NCBI GenBank assembly: GCA_964016885.1
Contig: OZ024742.1
Coordinates: forward strand, 76,818,001 to 76,882,000
Origin: Eledone cirrhosa
Taxonomy: Eukaryota
Direction: 5' to 3'
DNA length: 64,000 nt
Shown: piece after piece, positions 26,760 to 39,366 of the stretch
Numbering within the stretch: position 1 is the stretch's first letter
Layout of the letters: the number at the start of each line of letters is the position of its first letter
Program-made: the position numbers and the translations under genes
Notes under the pieces: model-generated
Database searches by the model: none
Seen by the model: the letters and a program-made list of their open reading frames with translations, nothing else
What the model was told of the DNA's origin: nothing

Positions 26760-29437
26760 TATTTCAGAAGGAGTATTGGACCAGAAATACATATAGTAAT
26801 TTCTTCTACATAACTATGGGCTCTGGTGATTCTTCCCAAATAACCTATCTTGTTGGCCTGTTTCTTCTATTTAACATGAATTCATCTTTTCCCCACCTTA
26901 AAGTGGTTTGTATCGTGATGACTGTCTTCTTCTATCCACTAATCTTAGCCTACCGGAAAAAAAAAACTTATTAGAAATAATAAACTTATTAGAACTTTCC
27001 TCAAAGACTATTATAATCTCACTATTACATTTGGAAACACCAGTACAATAGTCAATTTCCTGGATATAACTATGGACCTATCTACAGGTATCTACCAACC
27101 TTACTATAAACTTAACCAAAACTTGTATTACATACACTCACAATCTAATCACCCTAAATCTATCCTTAAAAACCTAGCATATAATATCTCACTCATAATC
27201 TTTAATGTTTCATCAAATCATGATGCATTCGATAAAAACGCGCCCTTTTATAATGAAGCTTTAGCTAGAAGTGGCCATAAGAACAAATTAGTCTATATAC
27301 CTTGCACCAATAACATTTCAAACATACAACCTAATATTACCAACAAACACCAAATGAAAAACCCACACCTAAACGCCACTCATACTACACCTAAAAATAC
27401 CAACTCTTCTCACATAAAAGATAATGACTTTCAGAAAACTATTCACCCTAAAACTCTTACATACGTCAACAACGTAACCAACAAAATTTCTAGTAATCAG
27501 ACTAAAACATCAATTAATCTAACTAAACAAGATACATCATATGAATATGAGAAACGATGTCGAAACCGTAATAGACGAGTTACTTGGTATAATGCTCCAT
27601 TTAATCATCTACAGATTAAAGACAGTATCCCTAAAAAATTATTTGCTATCCTAGAGAAAAATTTCCCACCAAACGATAAATAACATCAAATTTTAAATAG
27701 ATCTACTGTCAAATTTTCCTACTCCACTACCAAGAATATACAACAGAATATAAGTGCGTACAACACATATAACTGTAAAAAAAAACCCAATAAATACACC
27801 ACCAACACATCAAACCAACCATAATAATACTAAAGTAAACCTAAACAAACCAACTTCTTCTTCACTTATAATAGTTCCCGTAAACTCCACACCAACTTTG
27901 ACTAATATTCTCCAAAACAAACTGGGTTCCACATCCCCTAAACTATCACCCACCAACAACATGTCTAACTATACTAATCTAATTACAACCCATTCTAAAC
28001 CGTACATTAATGAAGGTAGTAACACTAATACCACTATAGATAACAGAATTAACTCTCCTGACACAATATTTACGAATGGAAGTAACTGTAGAATCAAAAG
28101 AAATTGCCCATTGAAGGGAAATTTTCTTATTAATAATATAGTCTATAAATGTGTATTTAGTAGTAAGGACTCCACTCAATCCTATATAGGAGCTACGTCT
28201 AACCAATTTAAAGTAAGATTTAATACCCACAAACATAGTTTTAAAAATGCCGCATTAGCTAATACAACCTCCTTGGCTGAAGCAATTAATAATTATAAAA
28301 AGAAGGGTATTGATTATAACCTGACCTGGATCGTGCTCAAAAAGGCCACTCCTTATCAAAATAGTAGATATTAGTGTAGGTTATGCTCCCAGGAACAATT
28401 TGAAATCATGAAATATAAAGATATCCTATAAAATAAGCGGCAGGAATTAATTATATCATGCAATCATAGAATTAGAAAAACCTTCAAATACTATAAACTT
28501 AATTAATATATACCTCACTCTTATATTTTACAAATTATTATAATTTTTTTATCTTTTTATTTAGTTTACCTATAATTAAATTTTTACTACAAAGAATTTC
28601 ATAATTTTTCCCTCTTGCAACTGACTTTACCTAATGTTATCTTTATCCTCACTACTTCTTTTAACCGCATCCCCTATGTATCACATTCAAATCCTAGGAT
28701 TAGTAAATATAATTAATATGTTTAAAATTACGGTTGTTTAAATAAATACACTACTTTTTATGCAATTTTATCTATTTCTGTCTTTCTATATATACATTTT
28801 TTAAAAAAATTATTTTACTTCTTTATCTATCACATCCATAAGAATTAATATAATTTTAACTCTGTAAGTATACCTATCAATTTAATTTAATTTCCTTTCA
28901 TGTATCTAAGTTCCTTAAAATTTAAACAGGAGTAGTATCTCTCACTAATATTCTCATCCCACAAAAAATTCTTTTCCCTATGCTTTTAACAACATTCTTT
29001 AATAACATCAAATTTGTTTGGGGAATCCTTCACTATCATTAACTTGACCAGATTTTACCCCCGACCTTCTTCTTCCCCATTCTTCTCTTTCAAAGCATAA
29101 TTTTACATTCCTCCACTCCTAGCATACAGTTTCTACTACGGTATTCTATCAACTTGAACTCTAACGTTTCTATTGGCCAATTCAAAACCTGTTCCCAAAC
29201 AGACTGTTTGTTTTAATATTTTCTTTCAATAAACATACTTCATCATTTCTGAAGATGGCATATATAAGTGAAGGTATGTATATCTCCTCCAATAATTTGT
29301 AATATTTTTTTACATGCATCTTTAATATGATATACATACCAACATACATATATATATCCCAGAAACGATCGTAAAATGATGATTTCTTAATATAAGGAAC
29401 CTGTGCCTTGTTTTTATTTCATTGTTTTTATTAATTT
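26760..29437 (+). mobile_element. PLE, 5'-truncated: RT C-terminal half, GIY-YIG and long 3' UTR
   Basis: FYITMGSGDSSQITYLVGLFLL, YIHSQSNHPKSI, RNRRVTWYNAPF, NCPLKG..NIVYKC..SYIGAT..FKVRFNTHKHSF. Confidence 0.9.
29241..29381 (+). ncRNA. Type I hammerhead ribozyme with a 106-nt stem II domain
   Basis: CATCATTT-CTGAAGA-TGG...CCA-GAAA-CGATCG-TA-AAATGATG. 8-bp stem I and palindromic ACGATCGT. The insert contains the helix GGTATGTATATC/GATATACATACC. A 3' half copy lies at about 21130-21200 (-). Confidence 0.85.
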
Positions 29438-29491
29438 ATGTATATATATATATGTATATTATATATGTGTATATATATATATATATATAAA

Positions 29492-29655
29492 TATAACGAA
29501 GGAGTTGTGGTAAGGAACCAGATGGACTATAACGCACCAGAGTACTCAATACTTAGTGTAGTAGAGTGGGTAGTAATAGAACCATTCTCATTTAGTCCAG
29601 AAATAGCCGTCGAAACGGCTTGAGCTCTGCCGTCGGGGTCATACATTTTCCTACA
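29492..29655. mobile_element. Mini-insertion derived from the 3' end of the PLE family at 57668-59955 (inverted tail plus HHR 3' half)
   Basis: TAACGAAGGAG...GAGTGGGTA is the reverse complement of 59886-59955, and TAGCCGTCGAAACGGCTTGAGCTC matches 59834-59857. Related pieces lie at 33198-33250 and 41700-41797. Confidence 0.8.
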
Positions 29656-29669
29656 TATATATATATATG

Positions 29670-29822
29670 TATAGAAATTTCATATTTCTAAAGAAACACG
29701 GTTGTCCCCCGTCTTTCTGTGGACACCACTAGAGGGCCTTAGCCACGGTGTTTGCATAACTACGGCTTCCTAAATGTGTCCTGTAAACATACCGTGTTTC
29801 TTTGTGAATACGAAATCTCTAT
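29670..29822. mobile_element. MITE-like element with about 32-bp imperfect inverted termini
   Basis: ATAGAAATTTCATATTTCTAAAGAAACACGGT / ACCGTGTTTCTTTGTGAATACGAAATCTCTAT. Confidence 0.6.
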
Positions 29823-29898
29823 TTATATTTGTATAAGCTATGCGTAAAGCGAAATCCTATTTCTATATATATACACACACAAACACAGACATATGTAT

Positions 29899-29940
<42 letters not shown>

Positions 29941-29946
<6 letters not shown>

Positions 29947-30516
29947 AAGGTTTAGCAAATAATGAAAAAGTTTCAAAATAAATTTTAAAAAATTGACTTT
30001 ACCTACTATAGTTACCTTTACCGATCGGTTTCGAATCCCAAAAATAAACGGAGACCATACGGCCTTCGTTGCAAAGAAAGATTCTCGTCAGAAGGTTCTT
30101 TTCATTCGAAGAATATAAAATTCTTGTATTTAAATTACGAACTAGCGCTATCAAAACTGTTCCTGGGATGAGAGTGGATGATTTAGAAACAATTTTTTCA
30201 AGGGCCGAAGTAAAGATAGAGGCAGAGGGAGGTAGGTCAAACCGGCCGCAACTATCACTAGCAGCAGTCGGAGCGACCCAATTTGTCTCAACAGTAGAGG
30301 AGAGTAGTAATAATAGGATATGTGTTCCTTCACGCACAAGGCGCTAAGGGACGCATGTATCGTCCAACCAAATGCCAATGTGGTTCAATGGCAGGTTAAT
30401 AAATTAACGAGCCAGAACATATATAAACAAGGTTTATCAAATAATGAAAAAGTTTCAAAATAAATTTTGTAGGTAAAGTCAATTTTTTAAAATTTATTTT
30501 GAAACTTTTTCATTAT
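29941..30516 (-). mobile_element. Non-coding HHR-bearing element (482-bp monomer) with terminal direct repeat and inverted 5' piece; retrozyme-like
   Basis: 29941-29986 is repeated at 30423-30468 with 1 mismatch. 30469-30516 is the reverse complement of 29959-30006. Both flanks are (TA)n. Confidence 0.75.
30014..30096 (-). ncRNA. Type I hammerhead ribozyme, intact
   Basis: Minus strand ACCTT-CTGACGA-GAATCTT...GGGATTC-GAAA-CCGATCGG-TA-AAGGT. Predicted cleavage after GUA, between 30019 and 30018. Confidence 0.9.
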
Positions 30517-30517
30517 A

Positions 30518-30567
<50 letters not shown>

Positions 30568-30609
30568 ATGTAGTAAGGTAACATATATCAAAACAAAACG
30601 TTTTTTTTC

Positions 30610-30694
<85 letters not shown>

Positions 30695-31120
30695 TGTGTG
30701 AGTGTATATACGGAAGGGTCTCTTTGTCTAAATACATATTTGTATATCTATCTGCTTACCCACCTAACTCAATATCTATTTTACGGCTGATTAACATATC
30801 AGTAAGAACTGTCGTATATTCACCGATGTATCTATCAACGGACAAGAACAAAAAAGCTGAAAATACTATAGCTGCCCGGATATTCATACTTAGATACATA
30901 TACAAATGGACGGATCCATAGCTAGAAAAATGACATCGTAATTTAGTGGATACATGTTTGAGAATGTTTGAAGAAATCACGGAAGTCAATTGTTTTAAAC
31001 TGTCGTAAACTTTGCTGTGTCGGGCACTTTTACATACAATGTTGTAATCAGTAATCAGGGAATTATTTATTTATATATAATATACGATAATTCTCTTTAT
31101 TATCAACGGATACTATGCTA

Positions 31121-31184
<64 letters not shown>

Positions 31185-31224
31185 AATGAATAATAACAGG
31201 TAGACATCTTGGGTAATCCTATAC

Positions 31225-31313
<89 letters not shown>

Positions 31314-32637
31314 GTATATATATGTACACATGAATGTATATATGCATGTATGTATGTGTGTGTATATGTGGAAGTGCATAAGTAATTTAGGTATAAATGA
31401 TACATTATGTATTTTACTGTTTGAGGTAGCCCAATGATGTTTATTTTTTGTGAGACTGAAAGTTATTTGGAAATTTGAAAAGCTGTTAATCAAATCGAAA
31501 AGAAATGTATATTAAAACATATATTCCGATGATGGTGCGAAATGGAACTATATATTAATTCAGCTAACAGATTTGAATATCAAATTATATCTAATAATTA
31601 TTATCGATATTTCAGGTCACCTTTTAATATTCATCGATTATTTCCAGCTCTCCATAAATCGTACGTTTGCTGAGAATTTCATTCATAGCTATCTTAATCA
31701 TTGCTTTGTTTTCATTTCTGTTTTTATATAATCTCTTTCCTAATTTAAATTCTTAGTAATTCGATATGATAATAGAGAGAGTGTGTTTTGTTTAATACAG
31801 ATACATTAAGACTCCTTATTCAAATATTGATTTCTTTAGACTTCTCTGCAGTCTGATACAGTATTCAATAAACATAATTGTCGTTAGAAATTAAATTTTC
31901 TAAACACTTCTTTGTCACTGTTTCATTGCACACACGTATGACATTTTGCTAATTTATATCTGTCCAAGGCATTATCTGTTTTGTATTAAATTTCGAAGTA
32001 AGTTTATACGCCTGTTGTATAAACTAATATACACATCGGATTATTTCACGAAGTATTTTCAGTTCTTATTCCAGATAATGTATTATTTTGATGCTTATAT
32101 GTTACAAACATCACCTTCATACATTCTCCTCAAATTTTGAGCATTAAGAAGATACTCGTACTTACCAATACATATTTTGAACTTGGTTTTCGTAGGAAAG
32201 TGTGCTAGAATAAAAGATTAATAATTTTATTGTTATCAAAATCTAGTGCAATTATAGCAAACTGTATGCTATACTAAAATATGTAAACTCTTCAGGCAAA
32301 ATATAAGAGAATACAACAATATCTGATTTCATTAAGATTGAATTTTCCATAAAATATAAACGTCATGCAAATAACATAATATATTTTGTTATAGGATGTT
32401 AAAAGACAAAGCCATCTGCAAGTATGTAATATTGAAATTTGCTTAGTTGCACACCAATGCTTTCATATAATACTGGGTACATGCTGGTAATTATATATAT
32501 ATAATATTTAGGTTACAAAAATGCCTGAAAAACCATAAGATAATATACAGACGAACGGATTTGCCTAAATACATATACTGAATATATTTAGCATGAACTT
32601 ATGATGATTACATAAATAAAATGAAAATTTACTTCAG

Positions 32638-32722
32638 GGATATCGTGCATCAATGCATGTAATTTCGGCAAAACAGAACAGACAATCGTATTTTGTTGAC
32701 ATAATTTCTGTAAATCGGTCAA
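32638..32722 (+). CDS. Weak candidate exon
   Basis: Acceptor tttacttcAG and donor AA|GTAAGA; only frame 0 is open (GYRASMHVISAKQNRQSYFVDIISVNRS). The phase fits the exon ending at 2745. Confidence 0.25.
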
Positions 32723-32919
32723 GTAAGATTACATTTTTTACTGGTATTTTAATATTCCCCTGAGCGAAGTCGTTCTGATTTAAAGTTCTTCTATGACGCT
32801 GATTTAAATACAATTGTAATTTTGAATAATATATACGCCTAATAGATTACATCAATCGCCCAAATAAATTGCTCTAAACAGCTGACAATGATTCTTGTAG
32901 GTCAGAAGGATAAGACTAT

Positions 32920-32990
<71 letters not shown>

Positions 32991-33003
32991 TATATATTTA
33001 TAT

Positions 33004-33035
<32 letters not shown>

Positions 33036-33246
33036 ATATATATATATATTTATATATATATATATAATATATATATATATTTATATATATATATATATAA
33101 TATATATATATATTTATATATATATATATAATATATATATATATTTATATATATATATATATATATATATACATACATATATATATACATATATATAAAT
33201 AGCCGCCGAAACGGCTTGAGCACTGCCGTCGTGGTCTTGAACATTT

Positions 33247-33296
<50 letters not shown>

Positions 33297-36200
33297 GTGT
33301 GTTGTGTGTTTTTGTGTTTGTCTGTGTGTGTGCGTGTGTGTGTGTGTATAATCCCTCACCAGAATATTAATATTTAGGAAAGTAGTTATCGTTTCAAAAT
33401 TAATATCAAAGAAAGTTCATATAATGCAAAACGACTTTGATCAACCAGTACATGTATCAGTACACAGACTTTTACATGCTGATGTTTAGAATTCTTATTC
33501 AGAAGATGTAATGATTGTAATAACTCTTTGCTGTTGAATTAGCGAACGTCAAAACGCACAGTGGCGTTGTTAAATGTATATCTAACATTACCCACCAAAG
33601 GATATTAAAGGTGTCAACATAGAATGGTCATGTTGCATTACTAGTATATGATATCGTGTTTAGCCCCGGGCTAAATGTCTTACAATTATTACATTCAAGC
33701 TAGTATATAATTCCTGTTTGCAAAAATCTTCACTTCTTGTATAATTAAAATAGATACCTGTACTTATACGACATATCTACAATGAATAGATATAAGTAAT
33801 ATTATATCAAATTTAATGTATCAGTGTGGAGAACTAATTGCCATATTAACCGTTGACTTCCATTCTTTTGGAAACAAAATTAAATAACTTCGATTCAGCT
33901 GAGGATAACCCCTGCCCAAAACAAATATAATCTTATACTTATCATAAGAAAGGTCGATATTTGCTGTCTCTCATTTGTTCCATTACAGCATGATATATTT
34001 CTAACATACATGTTATATCTGAAGAAATTCCTGAAATTTCTTTAACACATCCAAACCAGCAGTAGAAGCACGTTTGTGATTTCACACATCATAAATTTGA
34101 TATAATCAATAATTTTTGTCGAATATTTCAACGATTTCTTTTTCATCTTTCTCACAGAATAATTAATATTAAATAAAAGAAAACCATGCGAACATTCCTC
34201 AGTCAAATATTTGCATCTTGAATTATATATCAGATAAAGAAGGAAATCTCCTGCTAAACTAATCAATGTATTGATGTTTGCGATTCGTTTAAAGATATAT
34301 GGATATATGCAACTTTAAAACCATGTGTATTTATTCTTGACAGCAGTAATGAAATATATATTGCTAAAATATTTTCAATGGTTCATATTTTTTTTCATTT
34401 TGGATTGTAAGATATTTTCCAATAGTAATGTCTACCTAAATCCATAACGGTTTTGTGTCAATACGATTTATCTCGAAATAAAATCGTATCATATAATTTT
34501 CTTTTTCTTAAAAAAAAACACCATTTCATTGGTTTCTTATTTAGACAAGCTACCAGAAATATTTTAGATGAGGCAAATTTGATCATATTAGAACTGAATG
34601 CAGTTCCCAAGAGTTTTATATGGTGTACGTGAATTGAATTGCCTTCAAGTGGGATTCGAAAAAAAGTTGCAAATTTATATACCGCTCCACGGTAAATTCT
34701 ACAAAAAGTGTGCATCTGATTTGTGTTCAATGACGGGTGAGTAGAGGTCAATGGTTTGTATGATTATTTCTGAATGTAATTCATTGGGGTTTTTAGCGAG
34801 GGTAAATAAACCTACATATATTTGTTTTATATGCATGTAACCTACATCTACCTAGAAAATTGATGAATATATTACTTATACTTTTTAATCACACACTCAA
34901 ACTGCTAATTCTGATTTTCTGGAAACATTCCAAGTTTAACAAAAACATTATACTAAACCCCAAGTAAGAGGAGGAAATTAATGACTTCACAACTATAATT
35001 TCTAGAATTAAAACACATGCCGAAGCCGAGCGATGTATATTCTATTGAACATTTTATGATTTTATATCTCCACGTTATCTGATCAAAGAGAGATGTCATT
35101 AAATGTATTTATGTGGTAAGCATGTCATGGTTTGGGCATATAATCCATTATGCCATTCTCTTTTTAAGATAGGGATTTCATTATTTGATGGAGAATTGCA
35201 TCTATGTTTAACATATCAAAGGAAAGGTTTGACCTCTTTGATATATGCTACCATAAAGAAAGGATAAGTATTGTGATGCATTGATGAACGTATTGAACTC
35301 ATGGGATATGTGTCTAGGTTTTGAGTTCAATTTCAATGACGTTGCCATTCTTCATTTTTGAATATTAATAACAACATAGTAATATATCTGGTCTATTGAA
35401 TTGACTATACGTTTCTTTTTTTAAATATGTGATATTTTCCAAATTTAAAAAAATCAATAATGTATTAATTCATAAAAGCTGTTAAGCTTATGGTAAGCTA
35501 CCTCGAATTGCTTTCCACTACAGGCTTATGCTACTAAATTTAAAGAAATTCAATTATAATTTCATTGTGCTAAAATATGACATCTGCAATTTAATCTTCA
35601 TTTCTGAAGCAATGTTGTTTAAACTACTTGAAACAACTATAATTTACTCGGGAATAAAGAAATAAAAATTGCCGTCAAAACTGTATCATTGAGTAGGAGT
35701 GTGTAGCAAGATATTGCAGTACCATACATACTACCCAAGGTTAAATAGGTGCAGGCTATATATATATATGGAATTCGATAGTGAGGTGGCAACAATTGAA
35801 CAAATTCATCGACAATATTTGAATATGATCAGCAAGGTAACGGTCATCAAATCATCCAATAACGACATCAAAATTATTGATATATCCCACGAATTGATTA
35901 TTGTCTCCAAGAAAAATTAATACAGCAACTGGCTATTGGGTTAGTAAGAAGACGAAAGAAAATATCATTAATCGAGTGTCAGTTTCACCAAAAATGGAAC
36001 TGTTAATATTATTTACCTAAAAACGTGTATATTCCAACAGTCAGTTGTAACCCACGCAACCGGTCTTGGATCTTTAGTGGGTAATGCCCAGTAAAATAGC
36101 ATGGAGATACACATAAAACATGTTCGATTGTATACACTATGCTGGAACACAGGAGATCTCTTTCGTGTGTTTGATTATTTAATGAAGTTAGTATTAATTC

Positions 36201-36844
36201 TGTGTTGTTGAAAAGTGTATAATAAAGTAAAAGCTGGATTAATACAGTAGGATGTGTAATCGAGGTTGCATCAATATACACATGTCTAATATGTCAGCAT
36301 ATAAACATGCCGTAAAATACGAGTCTTCGGGTAAATTGTTAAACTAGATTAAATGTATTTGTTTTTCTCAGTCATGTCTACATGCAGACATATTGGATAT
36401 GTGTATATATTTGTGTATATTGGTGAAGTCTCGCTTACACACTGTGTATTTATACAGCTATAAGGCAAAAGGTCGGGTTGAAATATAACCACATATTGGG
36501 CGGAATAATGAGGAGGGGGAGATAATTAAAGAAAGGAAGCCTAAAGCAAGAAATTAGAAGTGACGGTGGTATACATAGAAAGAGTGGAGAAGAGAAGAGA
36601 AAAGCGGGTATGAGATCGGTGAAGCTATATATATAAATAAATATATATACTTGGGGAGGGTCATATTTGTGTAATAATATTGCCAGAGCCAGAATTAATA
36701 ACAGAACGCACTCACTGTTTGGTTGGTTTTCGCTTCTGTGTCGTTTATATCGGTTAATTTAATTTATTTGGTCCTCAAGTTGCCATTGACTGACCAACGG
36801 TCAAAAATACATCAAAATTAATACGCAAAACAAATTCATCGCCG

Positions 36845-36883
<39 letters not shown>

Positions 36884-36978
36884 AAGGTTAAACAAGGTTC
36901 AAAGAATAAATCAAAGAATGAGTTTTACAATAGATTGGAAGCACTCAACAGTGTCAGGGTAAGTCATGCATCATCTTA

Positions 36979-37039
36979 TTTATCTGATGAAGACGTACTG
37001 TTGAAGATAGCTCAGTACCTCTGAAATATGTATAATAAA
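36979..37039 (+). ncRNA. Type I hammerhead ribozyme in a 200-bp island between (TA)n runs
   Basis: TTTAT-CTGATGA-AGA C GTACTG...CAGTAC C TCT-GAAA-TATGTA-TA-ATAAA. Confidence 0.75.
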
Positions 37040-37083
37040 ATATACTTGATCACACGAATGTCTATTTTTGTTAATATTTTTAA

Positions 37084-37119
<36 letters not shown>

Positions 37120-37125
<6 letters not shown>

Positions 37126-37343
37126 TGTATGAATTGTATATTTGGCAACATACCGTATATGTAATTAAAAACATCTTGAAGACCATGCGCTATCGGTTTT
37201 AAAGTAGTGACTATGTCACTTACTTCTTTTCGGCGAAAGAAGGGAGAAAAGCTAAGAGTCTGTTTCACGTTCTTTGGCGATCATCAGACCCACGCACTCC
37301 TTGCTTCCGCCAAAAATTATAGAAGTTGGATTCTTCTAGAATT

Positions 37344-37346
<3 letters not shown>
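37120..37346 (-). mobile_element. Diverged partial copy of the 316-bp HHR element
   Basis: Shares TTTTAAAGTAGTGACTATGTCACTTACTTC with 38104-38135. The minus strand has CTGATGA-TCG..CGT-GAAA-CAGA near 37250-37292. Confidence 0.75.
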
Positions 37347-37424
<78 letters not shown>

Positions 37425-37594
37425 GTGTGTTTTTTTTGTGTGAGTGGGTGCGTGTTTATGTGTGTCTATGTAAACCAACAAACCTATACACACACACATT
37501 CGTGCATCACGCAAGCAACACATACACCTACACACATGCACACACAAACAGCTAAAACTTCGATTTACAACTATTATAATATATATGTATGTCA

Positions 37595-37745
37595 GGTCAC
37601 TCTCGTGTGCTACTGGTAACATGTAACCCAGTACAACCTGTCCCATGGTCGGGTCGTCGGTGACTAAACCGGTAATCCCACCAAGCTTGCTTGGTGAGAA
37701 GGGTGATATTTGGACACGTTGCGAAGAGCAGAGGAACTCAGCAGC
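37595..37745 (+). mobile_element. 5' fragment of the RTE-like element at 22017
   Basis: Shares GTGCTACTGGTAACATGTA.CCCAG.ACAACCTGTC.CATGGTCGGGTCGT. Confidence 0.8.
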
Positions 37746-38157
37746 AGAGTAAAACGGAAATCCAAATAGTGTTTTATTTTTGTTTTTTCTTATACGGAGA
37801 GGGTAAACTGCGAGGCATAAAAAGCAGAGGGCTGTCGTTATATTTTCCGTGGCAAACATTTGCACCGAGATTATGTGTCGGTAGTTCAAAAAAGTGTGGT
37901 TGGTCCTACACAAGCCTTCACCACTTAAAACAAAACTTTGTGTGGGTAGCTCAGCACCAGTTCACTTTCTCACATTTAACTTTTGTTGGACACTCATACG
38001 TCGGATATCGACGTGAGAGTCCATCATATATATATATATGAATGTGTGTATTACTAATATACAGTATGTTTAATTAAAAACATTTTGAAGACATTGCTCT
38101 ATTATTTTAAAGTAGTGACTATGTCACTTACTTCTTTTTTCAGCAAAGGGAGGGAGA

Positions 38158-38203
38158 TAAGCTGACAGATCTGTTTCAAACTGTCGGTGTTCATTAGAGC
38201 CTA
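38158..38203 (-). ncRNA. Type I hammerhead ribozyme with G5>A core change
   Basis: Minus strand TAGGCT-CTAATGA-ACAC-CGACA-GTTT-GAAA-CAGATCTG-TC-AGCTTA. Confidence 0.75.
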
Positions 38204-38574
38204 GCACTCGCCGACCTCTGCCGGAAATTATAAAGGTTGGATACTTATAGAATTCCAGTAAAAATCAGGAACTGATTATACAGAGCGATTGCCGGTCCAG
38301 CAAATATTGAAAATTAGAATTGCTGCTCTGAAATAGCGATGTATACATGAATGTATGTATAGTATATTTGGCAATATACTGTATTTAATTAAACATACAG
38401 TATATTGCCAAATATACTATAGATACATTCATGTATACATCGCTATTTCAGAGCACCAATCCTAATTTTCAATGTTTGGTGGACCGGCAATCGCTCTGTA
38501 TAATCAGTTCCTGATTGTTACTGGAATTCTATCAGAATCCATCCTTTATAATTTTCGGCAGAGGTGGCGAGTGC

Positions 38575-38620
38575 TAGGCTCTGATAAACACCAACAGTGT
38601 GAAATAGATCAGTCAGCTTA
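38575..38620 (+). ncRNA. Type I hammerhead ribozyme with G8>A core change
   Basis: TAGGCT-CTGATAA-ACAC-CAACA-GTGT-GAAA-TAGATCAG-TC-AGCTTA. Confidence 0.75.
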
Positions 38621-38863
38621 TGTTCCTTTCCTTGCTGAAAAAAGAAGAAAGTGACGTAGTCACTACTTTAAAATAATAGAGAAAGGTCTTCAAAAAGTGT
38701 TTAATTAAACATACAGTATATTGCCAAATATACTATACATACATTCATGTATACATTGCTATTTCAGAGCACCAATCCTAATTTTCAATTTTGGCTTGAA
38801 CGGCAATCGCTCTGTATAATCAGTTTCTGATTATTACTGGAATTCTATAAGAATCCAGCCTTT

Positions 38864-38907
<44 letters not shown>

Positions 38908-38912
<5 letters not shown>

Positions 38913-39297
38913 CAAGGACGATTGGTTACTCCTTCATTACGTTGGTTGGTGACGCGTGCCTCGCCACTGATCAGCTCAAGGTTCGATCTGTATCGAAATG
39001 ACCCGACTCGGTAATCCGCGGCTCGTCAGACCCATTTTAATTTTAATGTTAATTTTTCCCTTAACATCACAATGGTCTGAGGAGCCGCGGTTTACAGAGT
39101 CGGGTCAGATTGGTACAGATCAAACCTTGAGCTGATCAGTGGTGACGCGCGTCACCAACCAATACACGTAATGAAGGAGTAACCAATCGTCCATGTTATA
39201 TTATTTCAGTATAATACACTGTCTAGCTCTACACCTCGACACTGAAGAGAACCTAAATATCGAGTGAACCTACAGTAACTCCAAGTTACACCCCTGG

Positions 39298-39298
<1 letters not shown>
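38908..39298. mobile_element. (TA)n-embedded element with about 130-bp inverted arms plus tail
   Basis: 38908-39038 and 39070-39200 are imperfect reverse complements. 39110-39295 has a diverged inverse copy at 41465-41662. Confidence 0.75.

Positions 39299-39366
<68 letters not shown>

Larger units (their letters stand above)
38040..38866. mobile_element. Head-to-head array of a 316-bp HHR-bearing monomer; retrozyme-like
   Basis: The + arm repeats with period 316 (38385 and 38701). 38040-38395 is the inverted copy. Both flanks are (TA)n. Confidence 0.8.

Noticed and set aside
29999-30347. Overlapping 112-aa (-) and 92-aa (+) ORFs in the HHR element
   Set aside because: Non-ATG starts and no recognisable domain; treated as non-coding unless conserved among copies.
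31616-31660. 45-bp candidate exon
   Set aside because: Splice signals are plausible, but the phase does not fit the neighbouring candidates and it is too short to judge.
33990-34270. Strong splice acceptor followed by coding-like sequence
   Set aside because: Stops occur in all three frames.
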